This document shows, piece after piece, positions 57,757-64,000 of a stretch of DNA of 64,000 nt. This stretch comes from an uncultured Eubacteriales bacterium (GTDB taxonomy: Bacteria > Bacillota > Clostridia > Oscillospirales > Acutalibacteraceae). The translations under genes were made by a program, and so were the position numbers. The notes below the pieces were generated by a model. It had not been told where the DNA came from. It did no database searches and worked only from the letters and a program-made list of their open reading frames with translations. How positions within the stretch are numbered: the stretch's first letter is position 1; every line of letters begins with the position of its first letter. The DNA lies in contig CAJTNL010000010.1 of assembly GCA_910577755.1 (NCBI GenBank), forward strand, positions 8,703-72,702, written 5' to 3'.

Positions 57757-57879
57757 GTTCTTATGAGAACTGTGTTTCCTTGTGGTATTCAATACAAAAC
57801 AGAAATAAGTTAGTAGCGGTAATCTTTAGAACAATATGAGAATGATAGAGGGAATGAAATAATGGGTATTTGTTATTGA

Positions 57880-57892
57880 TTTGTTACTAATT
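57880..57892 (+). repeat. Candidate attR core (direct repeat TTTGTTACTAATT)
   Basis: Exact copy of 45542-45554. Lies 130 bp upstream of the Rrf2 gene start. Confidence 0.55.
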
Positions 57893-58021
57893 ACTGTATT
57901 TTTTCAAGGTTTTACATCGCATTATATTTTAAAATTTGTTGAAAATATCGCATTTTTAAGGCTATACAAAACACAAAATTTATTGCATAATAAGCTTATA
58001 TCAACTGGGGAGGAACGTATT

Positions 58022-58450
58022 ATGTGGATTTCAACAAGAGGAAGATATGCTTTGAGAGTCATGATTGATCTAGCCGAACATAATAACGGATTATATATTC
58101 CATTAAAAGATATTGCAAAAAGACAAGAGATTTCTGAAAAATACTTAGAAAGTATTATGGTTACCATGGGTAAAACGGGCATTATAAAAGGAATGCGGGG
58201 AAAAGGAGGGGGGTATCAGCTGGCACTGAATCCAGTTGATATTACTGTGGGACATGTGCTTAAGGCAACCGAAAAATCGCTTGATCCTACGACGTGTTTT
58301 GAAGAAGTAAATCGTTACCAGCATTCTCCTGATTGTAAGACATTACGCATTTGGAAGGAGATGTATAAACTGATTGATGAATATATAGAAAGTGTAACAA
58401 TTGCCGATTTGGCAGAGGAGATTGATGGAAGTGATTTTTATGTTATTTAA
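58022..58450 (+). CDS. Rrf2 family transcriptional regulator
   Basis: MWISTRGRYALRVMIDLA...GGGYQL. ATG 58022 follows GGGGAGGA. The TTG at 57881 in the ORF track is unlikely to be the start. Confidence 0.85.
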   Translation: MWISTRGRYALRVMIDLAEHNNGLYIPLKDIAKRQEISEKYLESIMVTMGKTGIIKGMRGKGGGYQLALNPVDITVGHVLKATEKSLDPTTCFEEVNRYQHSPDCKTLRIWKEMYKLIDEYIESVTIADLAEEIDGSDFYVI

Positions 58451-58727
58451 AAAAGAGTAAAGAAAATAAAAGTTTCATTATTAGACAGCGTAAAAAATAA
58501 TTTAAATGACTGTATTTTGGATAGAACCGAATACAGTCCATTTTGTTAAGTTTTAATTAAGGTAAAACTGGAGCTATACCTCATCTTTTTCTACTTTTTT
58601 GTTTGTATGAATTTGTGAATTTTATGAATATGTGCATTGTAAATGCACGGAAAATTCTCATGTTGTTGTATTATTGAGAAGATTATTGTATAATAAACTA
58701 TTATATTCAATAAATATGGAGGATAGT

Positions 58728-59645
58728 ATGGATTGGACCGAAATTGCCGTTACAGTACAGTCAGAAGATATAGACCGTGCAGGTAATATTGCGCATATGG
58801 TGGTGCCATATGGTATCTATATTGAGGATTATTCTAACCTGGAGCAAGAAGCTTGGGAAGTTGCTCATATTAATTTGATATCTGAAGAACTGCTGAAAAA
58901 AGACCGTACCAAAGGAATTATTCATATTTATATCAGTCCGGAGGAAAATCCGGCTGAAGCAATTTCTTTTTTGCAGGAGCGTTATCAAGCAGAGGAAATT
59001 CCGTTTACCATTTCTACATCGGATTGTGCGTTGGAAGACTGGCTGAATCATTGGAAAAGATATTTTAAGCCGATTCCGGTAGGGCAATCCTTACTCATTC
59101 GCCCTGCGTGGGAAGATGAATATGAGGCGGGCAACCGTAAGGTGCTTCATTTAGAACCGGGACTGGCATTTGGCACAGGTACTCATGAGACCACTCGTTT
59201 GTGCATGGAACTATTAGAGCGGTATATGAAACCGGGTATGGACGTTTTAGATGTAGGTTGTGGAAGCGGGATTTTGTCTGTGGCAGCGTTGTTGTTGGGA
59301 GCACAATCCGCAACAGGAGTAGATATTGATGAGCTTGCAGTAAAAACAGCTGCGGAAAATGCTGAAATTAACGGTGTAGCATGTCAATTTACGTCTATAG
59401 CAGGCAGTTTAACAGAGCGTATTAGTGGTAAATTTCATATTGTGCTTGCCAATATTGTGGCAGATACCATTATGGTTTTAACGGAAGATATTGAACCGTA
59501 TTTATATCCGGATTCAGTTTATATTATGAGCGGTATTATTGACACCAGAGAGCAAGATGTGTTAGAGGTAATTGGGCGTAAATTTGAATTGCTGGAGCGC
59601 AGAGAGGAAAAAGGCTGGATAGCCTTGGCAGCAAAACCAAGATAG
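58728..59645 (+). CDS. prmA: Ribosomal protein L11 methyltransferase
   Basis: MDWTEIAV..., AFGTGTHETT, and DVGCGSGIL (SAM motif). ATG 58728 follows GGAGGA. Confidence 0.9.
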   Translation: MDWTEIAVTVQSEDIDRAGNIAHMVVPYGIYIEDYSNLEQEAWEVAHINLISEELLKKDRTKGIIHIYISPEENPAEAISFLQERYQAEEIPFTISTSDCALEDWLNHWKRYFKPIPVGQSLLIRPAWEDEYEAGNRKVLHLEPGLAFGTGTHETTRLCMELLERYMKPGMDVLDVGCGSGILSVAALLLGAQSATGVDIDELAVKTAAENAEINGVACQFTSIAGSLTERISGKFHIVLANIVADTIMVLTEDIEPYLYPDSVYIMSGIIDTREQDVLEVIGRKFELLERREEKGWIALAAKPR

Positions 59646-59659
59646 AAGGAGAATAGCTT

Positions 59660-60187
59660 ATGATTTTATCGGGCAGAGAAATAGAGCGAGCCATTGGTAC
59701 TGACATTATCATAGAACCTTTTGACAGCAGCAAAATCAACCCAAACAGCTATAATTTAACACTGCATAACGAACTTTTGATATACGAACATGATGTACTG
59801 GACATGAAGAGACCAAACCCGACAAAAAAATTGGTGATACCTGAGGAAGGTTTGTTATTGGAACCCAATAAGCTTTATTTGGGTAGAACGAAAGAATATA
59901 CTACAACGAGCAAATATGTTCCAATGTTGGAGGGGCGTTCTTCTACAGGACGTTTGGGACTTTGTATACATGTAACGGCAGGTTTTGGAGATATTGGTTT
60001 TGCGGGTTACTGGACATTGGAGATTTATTGTATTCATCCGTTGATGATTTATCCGGATATTGAAATTTGCCAGATTTATTACCATACGATTCAAGGGGAT
60101 TATGACTTGTACAACAGTGGTAAATATCAGAATAATACAGGAATTCAGCCTAGCTTAATGTATCGGGATTTTGAAAAACAGAAATAA
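59660..60187 (+). CDS. dcd: dCTP deaminase
   Basis: 175 aa with MILSGREI, GRSS.GRLG, and G..G.WTLE. Confidence 0.9.
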   Translation: MILSGREIERAIGTDIIIEPFDSSKINPNSYNLTLHNELLIYEHDVLDMKRPNPTKKLVIPEEGLLLEPNKLYLGRTKEYTTTSKYVPMLEGRSSTGRLGLCIHVTAGFGDIGFAGYWTLEIYCIHPLMIYPDIEICQIYYHTIQGDYDLYNSGKYQNNTGIQPSLMYRDFEKQK

Positions 60188-60341
60188 TAGAAAAGAGCAA
60201 AAAAGGAAGCCTATTTAAGGCTTCCTTTTTTATAAGTGAAAGTAGGTAGAAACAGTATATCTTTTGTACTTTTCATGTATATAAATATAGAAAGAGCGAA
60301 GCGCATAGGGCTCATGTCTTTTATACACACGACATTTCTTT

Positions 60342-60524
60342 CTACAAATAGCTTGAGGAGATCACTGTGGGTGTAAGATAAGGCCTTTCAATCCATGCGC
60401 CAAAACTTTTTTGGTAATGATTTAACATGGAATAGGGACGTTGTGCAATGCTAAAAACATAGATTGGATCAAAAGACTTTTCAATCTGGGGGAAAATTTC
60501 TTCCAGAGCACGGAATAATTCCAT
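60342..60524 (-). CDS. Hypothetical 60-aa ORF divergent from an XRE gene (possibly a gene fragment)
   Basis: ORF only. No recognisable family and no clear RBS. Confidence 0.3.
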   Translation of the reverse strand: MELFRALEEIFPQIEKSFDPIYVFSIAQRPYSMLNHYQKSFGAWIERPYLTPTVISSSYL

Positions 60525-60546
60525 TTTTATCGCCTTACCTTATACT

Positions 60547-60590
60547 AAATCTGAAAATAAGATAAAGTGCAATATCTTATTTTCAGATTT
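60547..60590. promoter_or_regulatory. 17-bp perfect inverted repeat (candidate operator) overlapping the XRE gene promoter
   Basis: aaatctgaaaataagat (60547-60563), a 10-nt spacer, atcttattttcagattt (60574-60590), immediately followed by TATAAT (60592-60597). Confidence 0.5.
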
Positions 60591-60612
60591 TTATAATGAT
60601 ATTGGTGATACT

Positions 60613-60852
60613 ATGAGAACAGAAATACTCAAGTATGAAAGAATTAGAAATTTGCGAATTGACAAAGGTTTAACACAACAAGAGGTGGCAAAGATTCTAA
60701 ATGTAAAGCAGAATACTTATTCTCAGTACGAAATTGGTGTTTTAAATTATCCTCTTGATGTCATAATTCAATTAGCCGTATTTTATAAAACAAGTATAGA
60801 TTATTTGGTTGGGCTTACAGACAATCCTGTTCCGTATGAGAACAAACAATAA
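60613..60852 (+). CDS. Small XRE-family HTH transcriptional regulator
   Basis: 79 aa. HTH is LTQQEVAKILNVKQNTYSQYE. Confidence 0.8.
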   Translation: MRTEILKYERIRNLRIDKGLTQQEVAKILNVKQNTYSQYEIGVLNYPLDVIIQLAVFYKTSIDYLVGLTDNPVPYENKQ

Positions 60853-61138
60853 AAACAGATATGCCTAAAAAGGCATATCTGTTTTTTTCTTACCTACTTT
60901 CCCGATTTTTATTGTGCATGAAGTGTTTCGCTCGTTGCGACGAGCGCCCAAGAGCGCTACCTTTGTCATGCTCAATTTTTTGAAAAAAAATTGAGTAAAA
61001 CTTCTATGTTTATTATAAGTTTTATGTTTTGCTTACGAAACCTTAAGAGTAAATTTTTATTGTCCTATTCGAAATAAATGATAGTTCTAAAGCGCTTGCT
61101 CCAAACGAGTAAGCAAATTGAATCTGCTTTGATGTTTT

Positions 61139-61708
61139 TTATGTGGTTAAGTGTAGCTCTTCCAGTTTTGCACGCAGCTTTAAAAAGTCATCAAAGGCTG
61201 CTGGTTTGTTATTGGGGTTGCGTAATAAAGCGGCGGGATGAAGGGTTGCCATCATCAGTACGCCGTTTTTTTCAAAAAAAATTCCGTGTTCTTTTGTAAT
61301 TTTCATATCCGGCTTAATGAGTTTTGTGGCGGCAATACGACCTAAACAGACAATAATTTTCGGTTTCATAATCATGACTTGATTGCGCAGCCAATTGATA
61401 CACGCTTCCTGTTCTTCTGGAAAAGGGTCACGGTTTTGAGGCGGACGGCATTTTACAATATTAGCAATATATATATTTTCTTCCCGGTTCAGGTCTACTG
61501 CCGCAAGCATTTTATCCAGCAGCTTTCCGCTTCTTCCTACAAAGGGCAAACCTTCTAAATCCTCATTTTCACCGGGGCCTTCTCCAATAAATAAAATATC
61601 TGCTTTGGGGTTGCCCATGCCAAAGACGACGTTGGTTCTGGTGTGACAAAGATTACATTTTTCACAGCTTTTACAGGCTTGTTCAAGCTCTGTCCAATTT
61701 GTATACAT
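61139..61708 (-). CDS. Uracil-DNA glycosylase, family 4
   Basis: 189 aa with a C.KC.LC Fe-S cluster region, GEGPGENED, and GLPFVGRSGKLL. Confidence 0.9.
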   Translation of the reverse strand: MYTNWTELEQACKSCEKCNLCHTRTNVVFGMGNPKADILFIGEGPGENEDLEGLPFVGRSGKLLDKMLAAVDLNREENIYIANIVKCRPPQNRDPFPEEQEACINWLRNQVMIMKPKIIVCLGRIAATKLIKPDMKITKEHGIFFEKNGVLMMATLHPAALLRNPNNKPAAFDDFLKLRAKLEELHLTT

Positions 61709-61917
61709 TTATCATTTTGCCTTTCTCTTAATACATATTATTATGGTGAAATTCTGTTTTTTAGTATAGCATACAAGCGGTTTTATTGCAATTTTCCCTT
61801 TTTTTTTTTGCAAATATACAGTAGTAGAAGTTTAGGTACTGATGGATAATTTTATGTTGCATTATCTACCAAAATCGTGTAAAATAATATTATATAAATA
61901 ACAGTAAATAGGAGTGT

Positions 61918-62493
61918 ATGAATTTGAATATTATTGTAGAAACATCGGCAAGACATGTACATCTAACTGAAGAGCATTTGGTCGCTTTGTTTGGTGAAGG
62001 CGCTGAATTAACCAGAAAAAAAGACTTATCTCAGCCGGGGCAATTTGCGGCAGTTGAGCGTGTAACCGTTGTAGGACCGAAAGGCGAAATGGCAAACGTT
62101 TCAATTTTGGGACCAGTACGCGGAAGAACACAGATTGAGCTTGCTCGTACAGATGCAAGAAAAATTGGTATTGACGCTCCAATTCGTTATTCCGGTGATT
62201 TGGATGGTACGCCGGGTTGTAAGTTGATTGGACCTGCAGGAGAGATTGATTTGACCGAAGGTGTAATGGTTGCAAAACGTCATGCACATATTCCGCCGGC
62301 TACTGCTGAGGAATGGGGCATTAAAGACGGACAAATTCTTTCACTAAAAGTTGGTGATAACGAGCGTTCTTTGGTTTTTGGTGATGTTGTAGCACGTGTC
62401 AGTTCGACAGCGGGTTTGGCAGTACATATTGATACCGATGAAGCCAATGCAGCAGGATTAAACGGTTCAATAGAAGGGGAAATTATTCTGTAA
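61918..62493 (+). CDS. pduL: Phosphate propanoyltransferase PduL
   Basis: 191 aa. Two-repeat PduL pattern (ETSARHVHL..., AKRHAHI...). Confidence 0.9.
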   Translation: MNLNIIVETSARHVHLTEEHLVALFGEGAELTRKKDLSQPGQFAAVERVTVVGPKGEMANVSILGPVRGRTQIELARTDARKIGIDAPIRYSGDLDGTPGCKLIGPAGEIDLTEGVMVAKRHAHIPPATAEEWGIKDGQILSLKVGDNERSLVFGDVVARVSSTAGLAVHIDTDEANAAGLNGSIEGEIIL

Positions 62494-62684
62494 AGATAAT
62501 TACCGCTTTAGTGGTAATTATGTAAGGTTTTTACTACCAAATCGGTTTTATTATAATTTTCTATTGACGAATTTCTGCATTTGTGGAAATATTTTATTAA
62601 TGGATTCCTATTGCTTTTTTGTATATAATACGATATAATATACAAGTTAGCTTATTTTATTTTTAAAAAGCAAGGCAGAAATGC

Positions 62685-62820
62685 GTGCAATAGGATATGC
62701 GGGCGAGTGGGCTCTGCGCGACGGAGCATCGTGAACCATGTCAGGCGGGGAACCGAGCAGCATTAAGCGAGGATCTCTGTGCGATGCAGGTGGTCTGTTC
62801 GTTCGTATATCCTATTGCAT
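62685..62820 (+). ncRNA. ffs: Signal recognition particle RNA (small bacterial type)
   Basis: Domain IV-like GTCAGGCGG-GGAA-CCGAGCAGC with a GGAA tetraloop. A terminal helix pairs gtgcaataggatat with atatcctattgcat. Lies directly upstream of dnaX, as is usual in Firmicutes. Outer pairing may extend to 62667-62841. Confidence 0.75.
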
Positions 62821-62859
62821 AGACGATTCTCCTTGCTTTTATTGTATTCAAAGGCTGGT

Positions 62860-64000
62860 ATGAAAGGCGGTGACAGTTTGTATCGCGTTCTTTATCGCAA
62901 ATGGCGTCCTCAAAAATTTATAGATGTTACAGGACAGCGGCAGGTAACGGTTACCTTGAAACAAGAACTACTAACTGGAAGAATTGCACATGCATATTTA
63001 TTTACCGGCTCTCGGGGTACAGGAAAAACTACTTGTGCGAAAATACTGGCAAAAGCAATCAATTGTTTGCAACCGGATGATGGTGAACCATGTGGTCGCT
63101 GCGATATTTGCACAGGTATTGATGAAGGAACGGTAACGGATGTTGTAGAAATAGACGCAGCCAGTAACAACGGAGTCGATCATATTCGTATGCTTCGTGA
63201 AGAAGCGGGTTTTACGCCGGTTTTAGCAAAATATCGCGTATATATTATTGATGAAGTGCATATGCTTTCCATCGGTGCGTTTAATGCCCTGCTGAAAACA
63301 TTAGAGGAGCCGCCGTCTCATGTGGTATTTATATTAGCAACAACCGAAGCGCATAAAATACCTGCTACCATTTTATCCCGTTGTCAGCGTTTTGAATTTA
63401 GAAGAATTGCGTCTGCAGACAGTGTCAATCGTTTAATTTATATTGCAAATCAAGAAGGTGCACAATTGGATGAAGAAGCGGCTTTGTTAATTGCAGGTTT
63501 AGCAGACGGCGCTTTGCGTGATGCTCTTTCGATACTGGATCAGTGTATTAGCGCAGATAATCATGTGACCGCTGAAATTGTTTGTAAAACTGTTGGCATT
63601 GTAGGCAGAGAATATCTGTATCAATTAACACAAGCTATTTCTAAACAGGATAGTGCACAGGTAATAGAATTGATTGATCAGTTATATCAACATTCTAAAG
63701 ACATGGCGCGTTTATGTGAAGAGCTTTGTGCGCATTTACGCAATATGATGCTAATTAAAACTGTAAAAGATGCAAGCGCCATGATTTCTTTACCTGCACA
63801 GGAATACGAAATGCTGATAAAACAAACATTACCGATTCCTCTTACTATAATTTTGCATGGTCTTGATACGATGCAAAAGGCTTTAGAAAAAATGTATCGC
63901 GGTGCAAACCCAAGAATTACATTTGAGATGGCAATGATTCAGCTTTGCTCTCCACAGCTTGATAGCAATGCAGAAGCACTACTGAGAAGAATAGAGGCAT
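62860..64000 (+). CDS. dnaX: DNA polymerase III subunit gamma/tau, 3' end outside the window
   Basis: Open frame to the window end, and absent from the ORF track because no stop is reached. LYRKWRPQKF, GSRGTGKTT (P-loop), IIDEVHML, and SRCQRF. Start is ATG 62860 or TTG 62878. Confidence 0.9.
   Translation, partial: MKGGDSLYRVLYRKWRPQKFIDVTGQRQVTVTLKQELLTGRIAHAYLFTGSRGTGKTTCAKILAKAINCLQPDDGEPCGRCDICTGIDEGTVTDVVEIDAASNNGVDHIRMLREEAGFTPVLAKYRVYIIDEVHMLSIGAFNALLKTLEEPPSHVVFILATTEAHKIPATILSRCQRFEFRRIASADSVNRLIYIANQEGAQLDEEAALLIAGLADGALRDALSILDQCISADNHVTAEIVCKTVGIVGREYLYQLTQAISKQDSAQVIELIDQLYQHSKDMARLCEELCAHLRNMMLIKTVKDASAMISLPAQEYEMLIKQTLPIPLTIILHGLDTMQKALEKMYRGANPRITFEMAMIQLCSPQLDSNAEALLRRIEA

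Larger units (their letters stand above)
45542..57892. mobile_element. Degraded prophage (integrase-repressor module joined to PBSX-like baseplate/fibre/lysis module)
   Basis: Integrase at one end, lysis cassette at the other, and 13-bp direct repeats flanking. No terminase, portal, capsid, sheath or tube genes. Confidence 0.8.

Noticed and set aside
59660-60187. dCTP deaminase as an anti-phage nucleotide-depletion defence gene.
   Set aside because: Its size (175 aa), motifs and context (prmA-dcd, housekeeping) fit the canonical Dcd. It has no extra domains and no defence neighbours.
1-64000. CRISPR arrays, rRNA operons and large tandem repeats.
   Set aside because: No regularly spaced direct repeats or rRNA-like conserved stretches were seen on either strand while reading through the window.

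Overview
This 64-kb window looks like a low-GC Bacillota chromosome from a Clostridia-type spore-former (spoIIE, spoVB). All calls rest on reading the translated ORFs and the DNA by eye; no HMM, BLAST or folding tools were run.

Layout:
- 1-5.5 kb: the end of an accessory or mobile region. It carries a 5'-partial Res-like helicase-nuclease, a Hachiman-like HamA/HamB pair, and tnpV with a small upstream ORF.
- 6-45 kb: core housekeeping genes. These are a MATE efflux gene, trpS, an aminotransferase, spoIIE, radical-SAM/tatD/metG, an LCP protein, split metH, T-box-controlled ilvBN-ilvA-ridA, an Fe-ADH, copA-csoR, pdxK, an orphan capE-like gene, cobO, a seven-gene aro/tyrA operon, pepF and spoVB.
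- 45.5-57.9 kb: a degraded myovirus-type prophage flanked by 13-bp direct repeats. It keeps the integrase, two accessory genes and an XRE repressor. The repressor is followed directly by the C-terminal part of a tape-measure gene, a PBSX-like baseplate, a tail fibre and a lysis cassette. No capsid, terminase, sheath or tube genes are present.
- 58-64 kb: an Rrf2 regulator, prmA, dcd, a small XRE cassette, a family-4 UDG, pduL, SRP RNA and the 5' part of dnaX.

I recognised no rRNA, tRNA or CRISPR array.

The best candidate for something new is the translationally coupled three-gene unit at 1-4830 (restriction-type motor plus Hachiman-like pair). Next are the integrase-proximal accessory genes with an 8-mer repeat array, and the prophage remnant in which a repressor now sits directly against intact tail and lysis genes.
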